A stretch of 64,000 nucleotides of DNA, taken from contig NCBJ01000002.1 of NCBI GenBank assembly GCA_002255585.1, forward strand, positions 20,245 to 84,244, in the 5' to 3' direction. Under the pieces are notes generated by a model, which saw only the letters and a list, made by a program, of their open reading frames with translations, was not told the origin of the DNA and made no database searches. The DNA is from Parcubacteria group bacterium 21-54-25 (GTDB taxonomy: Bacteria > Patescibacteriota > Minisyncoccia > Phycocordibacterales > Phycocordibacteraceae). Shown here piece after piece: positions 9,848-18,343 of the stretch. Numbering within the stretch: the first letter of the stretch is position 1; each line of letters begins with the position of its first letter. The translations under genes were made by a program, and so were the position numbers.

Positions 9848-10306
9848 ATGAAGACCGACACGCCATCCTCTTTGAATACCAAAAATCGCCACCGTGTGCG
9901 AGTGGGGCGTTCTTCTGCGGGTCTTGGCCTGTTCGCCTCGGACTCTTTCAAAAAAGGCGAGCGTATTGTGGAGTACACTGGCAAACGGCTCACGAACGAA
10001 CAAGTTAAGCGCGTTGTTGAGAACCGTTATCTGCTTGAAATAAATGATCGCTACACAATAAACGGGAGCTCGCGCGAGAACATCGCGCGCTATGCCAACC
10101 ACGCCTGCAAACCAAACGCGATTGCCGAGACCGTACGTGGTCGGGCATTCTTGATTGCTAAAAAAGCAATTCGTCCGGACGAGGAAATTGTTTGGGACTA
10201 CGGTAAAGAATATTTCAACGATTTCATAAAAGATGGAGGGTGCCGATGCACAACTTGCGTCGCAAAAAGAAAAACGGCGCCTGGGGGTGCCGTTAAGCCT
10301 GTTTAA
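9848..10306 (+). CDS. SET-domain protein (putative protein-lysine methyltransferase) with post-SET Cys cluster
   Basis: SET signatures GLGLFA..., RYANHAC, EEIVWDYG plus C-terminal CRCTTC; first ATG at 9848 (TTG at 9767 abuts the tRNA and is rejected); GC about 48% by hand count. Confidence 0.75.
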   Translation: MKTDTPSSLNTKNRHRVRVGRSSAGLGLFASDSFKKGERIVEYTGKRLTNEQVKRVVENRYLLEINDRYTINGSSRENIARYANHACKPNAIAETVRGRAFLIAKKAIRPDEEIVWDYGKEYFNDFIKDGGCRCTTCVAKRKTAPGGAVKPV

Positions 10307-10307
10307 T

Positions 10308-10685
10308 TTAATGGGAATCGGGCTTGATGTTGTCAGGCGGCGTCTCCGTCACATGCGGTTGCTGATTCTCGGCACGAATTCGAGCATTGTGCTCAGCGAA
10401 CGCTTTCTTAAGTCCGGCCGAATATGCAGCCCATGACTCGTTCGGATATTGGCGTAAATGCTCCTTGAGAGCATATGAACATGCTGGCTTAAACGGGATA
10501 TTTTTACGCATGTTCTCATGTGCCGTCTCAGCGATAGCACGTAGAAGCTGCCTATTTATTTGTATTTTATACGTATCATAGACATATTGTATCGCCGAAT
10601 CTATATCCTCCGCCTGAAAGTGCGCCATGGGGAAGCCCTCGTTATCTTTGTCCTGCCTTCCTTTTACAGGAAATTTTTCTTTCAT
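10308..10685 (-). CDS. Hypothetical protein, ATGA-coupled downstream of the GatB/YqeY gene
   Basis: 125 aa, no recognisable motifs; start codon overlaps the upstream stop (ATGA); lower GC. Confidence 0.45.
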   Translation of the reverse strand: MKEKFPVKGRQDKDNEGFPMAHFQAEDIDSAIQYVYDTYKIQINRQLLRAIAETAHENMRKNIPFKPACSYALKEHLRQYPNESWAAYSAGLKKAFAEHNARIRAENQQPHVTETPPDNIKPDSH

Positions 10686-11137
10686 GCAAGCAATTTGTCC
10701 ACGACAGCTTTAACGTCCGCACCGTCAGCTCTGCCCTTAAGTTCTCCCATGAGTGCACCCATGAAGCGACCGGCGTCTGTTTTACTGGAAACACCAAGTG
10801 TTAGCATTTTTGCTCGAGCGATTTTTTCGATGTCCGCACGCGCCATTTGCGTTGGCAAAAATGTTTCAACTATAGCAAGCTCGGCTTTTTCGACCACCGC
10901 AAGCTCCGGGCGGCCACCTTTTTCATATTGTTCGATAGAGTCTTTGCGCTGGTTTGCGGCACGCTTGAGCACCACAAGCGTTTCGTCATCGGCGAGGAGC
11001 TCGTCTGGCTTGCGTTTTTTCGCAACTACTTCGTTAGTAATTGCGGTGAGCAGGGAACGGAGTGTGGTGAGCCGCACGGTATCTTTCGCACGCATCGCCT
11101 CCGGTATGCCTGCTTTTATGGATTCGTGGATAGTCAT
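10682..11137 (-). CDS. GatB/YqeY-domain protein
   Basis: 151 aa helical protein matching the YqeY/GatB C-terminal domain pattern. Confidence 0.7.
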   Translation of the reverse strand: MTIHESIKAGIPEAMRAKDTVRLTTLRSLLTAITNEVVAKKRKPDELLADDETLVVLKRAANQRKDSIEQYEKGGRPELAVVEKAELAIVETFLPTQMARADIEKIARAKMLTLGVSSKTDAGRFMGALMGELKGRADGADVKAVVDKLLA

Positions 11138-11175
11138 ACGCGCTTAGGATAGCATATTGCTATACTGGGGCATAT

Positions 11176-13806
11176 ATGGCAGCTCCAAGTTGGTACGCAC
11201 TCCCGGTTGACGCGGTGGTAGAGCGTTTAGCAACGAACTCGGTACGCGGACTCTCAAGCGCCGAAGTACAGAAACGGCACGCCAAAAAATTAAATCAGTT
11301 GCCCGAAACAGCGCCCGATACGCTCATAAAGCGTATCGGGCGCCAAATACACAACCCTATTGTCCTCGTGCTCGTCTTTGCGACAGTGGTGGCGGTATTC
11401 GTCGGCACACACGCAGATGCTATCGTCATTGCCGTTGCACTCTTGTTCAACGTCGTTATCGGCGTATACCAAGAACAACGGGCGGCACATACATTCGCAG
11501 CGCTCCGGCGCAAAGCAGCGGTCCAGGCGACGGTCATACGCGACAACGAACCACATGAAATTGACGCGGCCAACATCGTTCCGGGAGACATCGTCCTCCT
11601 ATCGGCTGGCACGGCCGTGCCAGCCGATATCCGCCTCATCGAAACACACGAGTTGGCCGCAAACGAAGTAGCGCTCACTGGCGAGTGGGTGCCGATTACT
11701 AAAACAGCTGAACCGGTTGCCGGTGACGCCGTGCTCGCCGAACGAACCAGTATGATTTATGCCGGTGCGCTCATAACCGCTGGCTCGGGGCGAGGTATTA
11801 CCGTTGCTATTGGAACTGAAACCGAGCTGGGGAAAATTGCTGTAGCGCTCGCCACTACAAAAGAGTCTGAGACGCCACTTGCGCGCGATATGCGGCACAT
11901 CGCGCAGTTTCTACTCCTACTTGCTGCGGTCGCCGTTGCGCTCGTGTTCGGACTGTCGATTGCCAGAGGCGTACCATTTGACGAAGCTGCCATTATTGCC
12001 ATTGCAGTTGCTGTTGCTTCAATCCCCGAGGGACTACCCGCCGCAGTTACCGTGGTACTGGCACTTGGTATGGAGCGCATTTTGGCTGCGGGTGGTTTGG
12101 TAAAAGAGCTCCTTTCTGCGGAAACACTTGGTGCTACGAGTGTTATCTTAACGGACAAAACAGGCACGCTCACCGAAGGCCGCATGCGCGTCGTGGGGCT
12201 TGCAACGCATAGAGGCGTATTTGAAAATGCTATCCATAACGAAGAAGCTGCTGCGGTGCTCCGTGCCGCGCTGCTCGCTTCAGACGGGTACCTTGAAGAG
12301 GCAGATGCACTGCAAGAAAACGGGGAACCGCTCGTCGCACATGGGCGGCCTATTGAGCAGGCAATCATTTTTGCCGGTATCGAGGCAGGTATTTCGAAAT
12401 CTGTTCTCAGTACCGAGTATCCGCGTATCGACGAGCTGCCATTTGACTCGGCGCGCCGCTTTGGCGGTATGCTCGTGTCTGAGAAAGGGGAGTCCGTTGC
12501 CTATCTTTCTGGGGCACCGGAACTTTTCATTGAACATACACGCGATGCGCATCTTTTTAAGGAAATACTGAGTACGGCGGCACGCGAAAGTGAGCGTATG
12601 ATCGCTATTGCTCGTACCCCATGGCACACCGAGACACTTCCTACCGACAGCGCCACCACTGACCTGCTTACCCACGCACAGCTTATTGGCTTTGTCATAT
12701 TTGCCGACACACCACGCCCCGAAGTTGCCGCTGCGGTGAAAGACATTCGGGCGGCCGGCGCGCGCGTGGTGATGGCTACGGGGGACAATCCTGAGACGGC
12801 GATTGTGGTCGCGCGGGCTGTAGGAATTGCAAACTCAAATGAGCGCCCACGTACAGGCGCAGATCTACAGAAACTCTCAGACGATGATTTGTACCAGCTC
12901 ATCATGGCGCATTCGGTTTTTGCGCGCGTGACGCCTGATGACAAGCTACGCATGGTGCGCGTTCTACGCGATCATAAAGAGGTGGTCGCCATGACCGGTG
13001 ATGGCATCAACGACGCACCCGCGCTGCGCTCGGCAGCAATTGGCATAGCAATTGGAAGCGGTACGGATGTCGCGAAAGAAGCGGCTGATATCGTGCTGCT
13101 CAAGGACAGCTTTGCGGTGATTACCGCCGCTATTCGCGAAGGACGTCGTCTGCGCGATAACGTCAAGAAAATATTTGTGTATCTCGTTGCAACGAATTTC
13201 GGTGAAACATTTCTAATTGTCGCAGCGCTTATTGCCGGATTGCCGCTTCCTATTTTGCCGACACAAATTCTTTGGGAAAATCTCGTCACGGGCGGGCCTA
13301 TGAATGTGGCGTTTGCCTTCGAGCCGCTGTATGAGTCAGCAATGAACCGTAAACCAAAAGATCCAGAAAATGCGCAGGTGCTTTCCAGGGCGGTCGTGAA
13401 GCTCATTGCGCTAGCAGGATTTCTGACAAGCCTTCTCCTGATTGGGCTGTATTGGCTCCTGATACAAGCGCAGATACCGGAAGGACAGCTACGTACTATG
13501 ATGTTCGTTGCGCTCTCGTTCTCGTCTATGTTCACTGCCTTTTCGCTTAAGAGCCTCGGTACACCGTTCACGCGCATACCACTCGCTTCGAATAAATTTC
13601 TTCTGGCGGCGCTTGGTGTGAGTGTACTCATGCTCCTGTCGGCGTTTTTTGTACCAGGCATACAATACCTCGTCTATACGGTGTCGCTCTCCGTGGCCGA
13701 AATCGTGCTTCTATTGTGTGTCGGGCTTGCAGATCTTGTTCTTGTCGAATTTGCTAAATATCTCTTTTATATCCGCCCCGCCCTGCGGCGCGCAAACAAC
13801 GTATAG
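11176..13806 (+). CDS. P-type cation-transporting ATPase (P2-type, Ca/Mg-like)
   Basis: 876 aa; DKTGTLT phosphorylation site, TGDN, GDGINDAPAL, about 10 TM segments. Confidence 0.85.
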   Translation: MAAPSWYALPVDAVVERLATNSVRGLSSAEVQKRHAKKLNQLPETAPDTLIKRIGRQIHNPIVLVLVFATVVAVFVGTHADAIVIAVALLFNVVIGVYQEQRAAHTFAALRRKAAVQATVIRDNEPHEIDAANIVPGDIVLLSAGTAVPADIRLIETHELAANEVALTGEWVPITKTAEPVAGDAVLAERTSMIYAGALITAGSGRGITVAIGTETELGKIAVALATTKESETPLARDMRHIAQFLLLLAAVAVALVFGLSIARGVPFDEAAIIAIAVAVASIPEGLPAAVTVVLALGMERILAAGGLVKELLSAETLGATSVILTDKTGTLTEGRMRVVGLATHRGVFENAIHNEEAAAVLRAALLASDGYLEEADALQENGEPLVAHGRPIEQAIIFAGIEAGISKSVLSTEYPRIDELPFDSARRFGGMLVSEKGESVAYLSGAPELFIEHTRDAHLFKEILSTAARESERMIAIARTPWHTETLPTDSATTDLLTHAQLIGFVIFADTPRPEVAAAVKDIRAAGARVVMATGDNPETAIVVARAVGIANSNERPRTGADLQKLSDDDLYQLIMAHSVFARVTPDDKLRMVRVLRDHKEVVAMTGDGINDAPALRSAAIGIAIGSGTDVAKEAADIVLLKDSFAVITAAIREGRRLRDNVKKIFVYLVATNFGETFLIVAALIAGLPLPILPTQILWENLVTGGPMNVAFAFEPLYESAMNRKPKDPENAQVLSRAVVKLIALAGFLTSLLLIGLYWLLIQAQIPEGQLRTMMFVALSFSSMFTAFSLKSLGTPFTRIPLASNKFLLAALGVSVLMLLSAFFVPGIQYLVYTVSLSVAEIVLLLCVGLADLVLVEFAKYLFYIRPALRRANNV

Positions 13807-13825
13807 TCAGGTATACTACGTGTCT

Positions 13826-14884
13826 ATGGATACGCTCTCTATTTTCTTAATTATTATCGTACTCATCGTTGTTGAGGGCGTTGCGCTCTGGCTTATCCTG
13901 CGTCGTTTTGCGCCTAGCCAAAAAGAAGAAGGGGGGAGCGAGAGTCTTTTGCTTCTCCAACAGCAAATGCAAGAACTCTCTCGCACACTCGACAAGCGCA
14001 TGACCGATTCATCGCAGGCCATGCAGGAGCACGCGCACCGACAATTTGTTGACACGACCAAACTCATCAAAGAAATTACAGAGGAGGTTACGAGCGTTAA
14101 AGAGATCGGCCGACAAACACAAGGATTCGCGGAACAGTTGAGAAGTCTGCAAGACATTTTAAAAAATCCAAAACAACGCGGGGTGCTCGGCGAGTACTAC
14201 CTCGAAACTGTTTTGAAAAATGTACTCCCGCCGAACATGTACAAAATTCAGTACCCATTTGAAAATGGTGAAATAGTGGATGCCGCGGTATTTATAAATG
14301 ATAAAATTGTGCCGGTAGATTCAAAATTCTCACTCGAAAACTACAACCGGTTAGTAAACGCTCCCGAGAGTGAGAAGTCGGCATTTGAAAAGGCATTCGT
14401 GAACGATCTAAAAATGCGCATTACAGAAACCGCGAAATATATCCGTCCTGAAGAAAAGACGATGGATTTCGCGTTCATGTTCATTCCGAGCGAAGCTATT
14501 TACTATGACCTCCTCACAAACCAAGTGGGTGCTGGCGAGGACGAAAATCTTATCCAGCGGGCAGCAGGGAAGTACAAAGTTATCATCGTTTCGCCGACGT
14601 CGTTTCTCGCGTATCTGCAGACAGTCATGCAGGGACTGAAGGCGATGCAAATAGAGAAACGTGCCGAGGAGATTCAAAAACGCGTGGGAGAGCTTGGCAA
14701 ACACATGAGCAAATATGAGGAGTTCTACAAGAAGCTCGGTGCATCGCTTAGCACTACGGTCAGCCACTACAACAGCGGCTACAAGGAGCTCGGCAAGGTC
14801 GACAAGGATGTCTACCGCATTAGCGGCGAAAAGGTTGGCATCGAGCCAGAGCTGCTTCGGAAACCACCTGAAGATATTGACTAA
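13826..14884 (+). CDS. rmuC: DNA recombination protein RmuC
   Basis: N-terminal TM helix, long coiled coil, C-terminal RmuC nuclease-like region; ATG at 13826 chosen over spurious upstream extension. Confidence 0.75.
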   Translation: MDTLSIFLIIIVLIVVEGVALWLILRRFAPSQKEEGGSESLLLLQQQMQELSRTLDKRMTDSSQAMQEHAHRQFVDTTKLIKEITEEVTSVKEIGRQTQGFAEQLRSLQDILKNPKQRGVLGEYYLETVLKNVLPPNMYKIQYPFENGEIVDAAVFINDKIVPVDSKFSLENYNRLVNAPESEKSAFEKAFVNDLKMRITETAKYIRPEEKTMDFAFMFIPSEAIYYDLLTNQVGAGEDENLIQRAAGKYKVIIVSPTSFLAYLQTVMQGLKAMQIEKRAEEIQKRVGELGKHMSKYEEFYKKLGASLSTTVSHYNSGYKELGKVDKDVYRISGEKVGIEPELLRKPPEDID

Positions 14885-14960
14885 ACGACAAGAGATGATA
14901 TAGTTCTTCACAGGAGGTCGTCTCGCGGAGGGGCTGCCAAGAATCACATAGGAAGGATGT

Positions 14961-15398
14961 ATGAGCTTGCTACTTCACAACTACTCCGTCACGTCTGATT
15001 TGGCTGGCTGGATAATTCCATTGGCGGCGATTTTTCTCGGTGGCGCTTTTCTTTATCATGCGGGCAATAGCGATAAAGAGAGCGCCTCCGAAGAGGGTAC
15101 CATCAGCCTTGCGGTTGCGGTTGGTTGCTTGATTTTTGGTCTTTCCACAGGAGCTGAACATTGGTTCCATACCGGCAAGGGATTCGTGGTTAGCGAACCT
15201 GAACCATACAACCAACAGCTCAGCATCGGCACGGCGTACACACTGCTGTATTCTCACAGGGACGGTAAAAGCTACGTATTGCTTGTGCAAGAAGGAGCAC
15301 ACGATTTTTACACCGTGCGCGTCAATCACACTCCACCGAAGCACTTTGCCATTGTGAGCGGTAGCGTTGTAGCGATTGCACCACAGGCAAGGCGATGA
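14961..15398 (+). CDS. Hypothetical membrane protein (2 TM plus soluble C-domain)
   Basis: 145 aa; GGAAGGA Shine-Dalgarno sequence 8 nt upstream of ATG; no known motifs. Confidence 0.5.
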   Translation: MSLLLHNYSVTSDLAGWIIPLAAIFLGGAFLYHAGNSDKESASEEGTISLAVAVGCLIFGLSTGAEHWFHTGKGFVVSEPEPYNQQLSIGTAYTLLYSHRDGKSYVLLVQEGAHDFYTVRVNHTPPKHFAIVSGSVVAIAPQARR

Positions 15399-15426
15399 CC
15401 AAGTCGTCAGTGCTCAAACCGTTCTT

Positions 15427-15468
15427 AACTTAAATGGGCCGCGTGTGGAGTTTACTCCACACGCGGCC
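15427..15468 (+). terminator. Intrinsic terminator, perfect 14-bp stem
   Basis: ggccgcgtgtggag-ttta-ctccacacgcggcc then T-rich tail, 29 nt after stop of preceding gene. Confidence 0.55.
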
Positions 15469-15564
15469 TTCTCAATTTATACCCTTATCACATAGCACCC
15501 ATAAATCACGACCACTCTGTGCGGGCTTGCTTTTTATGGCTTGAAACGGTAGGATGGTGTAATT

Positions 15565-15882
15565 ATGGAGTGTGCAGTCATAAAAACAGGGGGGAAGCAG
15601 TATGTCGTCTCAAAGGGCGACATACTTTCTGTGGAGAAGTTTTCGGATGAAAAAAAGGCGGGGGACAAGGTCGTTTTCGAAGAAGTGCTTCTCGTCGACA
15701 ATGGTTCGGATACGACTATCGGTACGCCAACAATCAAGGGCGCAAAAGTTGAGGGGACGGTTATGGAGACTGGTCGCGCAAAGAAAATTGACGTCGTCAA
15801 ATATAAAGCAAAGAGCCGTTATCTAAAGCGCCGTGGCCATCGCCAGCCCTATGTCGCTGTGCGCATTGACTCAATTTCCTAA
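15565..15882 (+). CDS. rplU: 50S ribosomal protein L21
   Basis: 105 aa, MECAVIKTGGKQYVV...KYKAKSRY. Confidence 0.9.
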   Translation: MECAVIKTGGKQYVVSKGDILSVEKFSDEKKAGDKVVFEEVLLVDNGSDTTIGTPTIKGAKVEGTVMETGRAKKIDVVKYKAKSRYLKRRGHRQPYVAVRIDSIS

Positions 15883-15889
15883 AATAAAG

Positions 15890-15914
15890 CCGCCGCGCTA
15901 AAGCAGCGCGGCGG
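15890..15914. terminator. GC-rich hairpin (10-bp stem) serving mainly the minus-strand orphan gene
   Basis: ccgccgcgct-aaagc-agcgcggcgg with A-run on plus side (U-run for minus-strand transcript). Confidence 0.5.
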
Positions 15915-15920
15915 ATAAGT

Positions 15921-16214
15921 CTATTGGGGAGGATACACTGATGCAATAAACTTTTGCACCATCTCCCGATAAAAGTGATATCGTTCTTTTTTGGAAGAGA
16001 ACGATATCCAGAACCCTGTTTCTTGGAAATATTCTTCCTGGATCCTCTCTGCTAGGAAGAGCAGACGGGTAAGCGTGGTATTGACCAGTTCAAGAAGGTC
16101 CATATGCTCCTTTTCATAAAGGATTTTATCTTTGTGGAGAGGAAGTATTACTTCGAAGAGACAGGCTCGGAACTCGTCCCAGACAGTGGAGTTCAGTTTC
16201 TGGTCCACAGGCAT
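15921..16214 (-). CDS. Orphan 97-aa hypothetical protein in an AT-rich patch
   Basis: ATG preceded by AGGAAAGGAGGGT (strong Shine-Dalgarno sequence); hand-counted GC about 40% vs about 57% in flanks; helical, no known motifs. Confidence 0.45.
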   Translation of the reverse strand: MPVDQKLNSTVWDEFRACLFEVILPLHKDKILYEKEHMDLLELVNTTLTRLLFLAERIQEEYFQETGFWISFSSKKERYHFYREMVQKFIASVYPPQ

Positions 16215-16241
16215 ACCCTCCTTTCCTAGTACCCGGGAGAG

Positions 16242-16269
16242 ATATTAGCACATATTCTTAAATTTTCAA
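16242..16269 (-). promoter_or_regulatory. Sigma70-like promoter TTGAAA-N16-TAATAT for the orphan gene
   Basis: Read on minus strand: TTGAAA (16264-16269), 16-nt spacer, TAATAT (16242-16247), about 28 nt upstream of ATG. Confidence 0.45.
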
Positions 16270-16313
16270 TACCCATATTGGAGCCAGGTGGGGAATTCCA
16301 CAACACTAACAAT

Positions 16314-16922
16314 CTATGAATCTTTTCTATTCAAGAAAGCGCCGGAAATAGTTTGGGCATCAACATATTCAAGCTCACTACCGGTTGAAAGCCCGCGACC
16401 AAGCATTGTGATGCGCAGCTGTGAACGATAGGGCGCAAGGAGTTCGCGCAGGTGATCAGCGGTGTGTTCACCCTCACTGGTTGCGGAAAGCGCAAGAATG
16501 ACCTCTTTTAGACCACGGGCAAGACGCGCCTTAAGTACGTGCGCAAGTTCTTGCTCACGGACGGCACCCTTGCCGGAAAGAGTCAGCACGCCGCCCAATA
16601 CAAAATAACGACCACGATAGGCGTTTGCACGCTCGATGGCGGTAATGTCCTGGTCTTTCTCCACGAGCATAAGGAGTGAATCGTCACGCGAGCGATCTGC
16701 ACAATAGTTGCAACGCTCGCCGGCGCCGCTCCAAAAACGAAGGCATTCCGGGCACTGTCGTACATTCTTGGCGAGCGTACTGATGAGTTCGGAAAGCAGT
16801 GCGCGATCTGCCGGTGGTGCAGCAAGTAGGTGATATACGAAACGACGCGCTTGCCGAGGACCGATACCCGGGAAGCGTTCAAATGCGTACACAAGCCGGT
16901 TGATGGAGTCAGATTCAGGCAT
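16314..16922 (-). CDS. recR: Recombination protein RecR
   Basis: HhH N-terminus, C4 zinc finger CPECLRFW...CNYC, Toprim domain. Confidence 0.9.
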   Translation of the reverse strand: MPESDSINRLVYAFERFPGIGPRQARRFVYHLLAAPPADRALLSELISTLAKNVRQCPECLRFWSGAGERCNYCADRSRDDSLLMLVEKDQDITAIERANAYRGRYFVLGGVLTLSGKGAVREQELAHVLKARLARGLKEVILALSATSEGEHTADHLRELLAPYRSQLRITMLGRGLSTGSELEYVDAQTISGAFLNRKDS

Positions 16923-16966
16923 AGAAGATACGGATAAGAGAAATGATAACCGACTGAGTTTACATA

Positions 16967-18322
16967 TTAAAATTCGTTGGCGAGTTCGCCATAGCCGCTT
17001 TTATCTACCGGCACGAAAGTGGTGCGTTTCTCATCAAAATACAGCTCTATTTTGCCCGTCGGGCCGTTACGATGTTTCTCAATGAGAATCTCGGCAATTC
17101 CTGGCCGATCGCTCTCTGGATTGCGTTTGTCATCGCGGTGGATGAACATCACAACGTCAGCATCTTGTTCAATTGAACCTGAGTCGCGCAGGTCAGAGAG
17201 ACGCGGTTTGCCGCCACGCTGCTCGACCGCACGCGAAAGCTGCGAAAGCGCGAGCACGGGTACCTCAAGCTCGCGCGCAAGCCCCTTCAAAGAGCGCGAG
17301 ATCTCCGTTACTTGCTGCACCAACGAGTCAGAGGTCTTCGTGCCGACGGGAGTCATGAGCTGCAAATAATCAACAACAATAAGTCCAATACCGCGCTCAC
17401 GCTTCAAGCGCCGTGCAACTGCGCGCATAGCCAAGATGTTATTCCCCGGCTTGTCATCTATGAAAATAGGCGCCTTGGAGAGCGATTCAAGTGCATCACG
17501 AATACGCGCAAAATCTTCCTCGTCGCGAATGCCGCCAGTGCGCAGCTTCCAGGAGTTCACGTATGATTCGGCAGCAAGCATGCGATCAACGAGTTGCTCG
17601 GCACTCATTTCAAGTGAAAAGATGCCGACCGGCGTACCGTGACGCACGGCGGTGTTACGCGCGATGTCGAGCGCGAGCGATGTTTTACCCATTGATGGTC
17701 GTGCGGCAAGGATGACGAGGTCCGAAGGGTGGAGACCGGAAAGTATGGTGTCGAGATCTGGGAAGCCGGTGGGGACACCGCGGATGGTTCCTTCTTGTTT
17801 GGAAAGGTGTTCAATGCGATCCCACGCATCAGCAAGCTTCTCGGAGAGCGCTGTGAATTTATGTGCCGCAGTTGAATTTCCAACAGCGTACACTGATTTC
17901 TCAGCATCGTCGAGCACTTCGGCGGTATCGTGCGACTCATCATAGGCATTTTCAGTTATTCGATACGCCGCATCAATAAGCGCACGCATGAGCTGTTTGC
18001 GTGAGACAAGTTCGGCATAGTGCGTGATATTGCCTGGAGAGGGAGTTGATGTTGCAAGTTCCGCGACATAACTTTTTCCACCCGACCGTTCAAGGAGTCC
18101 TTGGTCGGCAAGACGAGCGGTGAGCGTCAGAAGGTCAATCGGCTCACCTCGGCCGGCGAGCTCCTGCATCGATTCGAAAATAAGTTTGTGTTTTTCTGCA
18201 TAAAAAGAATCGCCGCGAACAATGTCCGCAACATCATGAAGCGCATCGGGCTTGAGGAGCAGCGCGCCGAGCAACGCACGCTCTGCTTCTAGATTTTGTG
18301 GAGGGACCCGAGTGACTGCCAT
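16967..18322 (-). CDS. dnaB: Replicative DNA helicase DnaB
   Basis: 451 aa; N-terminal DnaB domain, Walker A GARPSMGKTS, RecA-like core; no intein. Confidence 0.9.
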   Translation of the reverse strand: MAVTRVPPQNLEAERALLGALLLKPDALHDVADIVRGDSFYAEKHKLIFESMQELAGRGEPIDLLTLTARLADQGLLERSGGKSYVAELATSTPSPGNITHYAELVSRKQLMRALIDAAYRITENAYDESHDTAEVLDDAEKSVYAVGNSTAAHKFTALSEKLADAWDRIEHLSKQEGTIRGVPTGFPDLDTILSGLHPSDLVILAARPSMGKTSLALDIARNTAVRHGTPVGIFSLEMSAEQLVDRMLAAESYVNSWKLRTGGIRDEEDFARIRDALESLSKAPIFIDDKPGNNILAMRAVARRLKRERGIGLIVVDYLQLMTPVGTKTSDSLVQQVTEISRSLKGLARELEVPVLALSQLSRAVEQRGGKPRLSDLRDSGSIEQDADVVMFIHRDDKRNPESDRPGIAEILIEKHRNGPTGKIELYFDEKRTTFVPVDKSGYGELANEF

Positions 18323-18343
18323 ATATCGCCCGATTGTATCACC

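Noticed and set aside
11757-13661. Long antisense ORFs (203 aa and 229 aa) inside the P-type ATPase gene, and similar antisense ORFs opposite tyrS (42191-43225), dnaK (47783-48544), rpoA (56506-57276) and alaS (63099-63797)
   Set aside because: High-GC DNA generates long open frames on the non-coding strand. Their translations are low-complexity (Ala/Ser/Arg-rich), and the opposing frames carry unambiguous conserved proteins.
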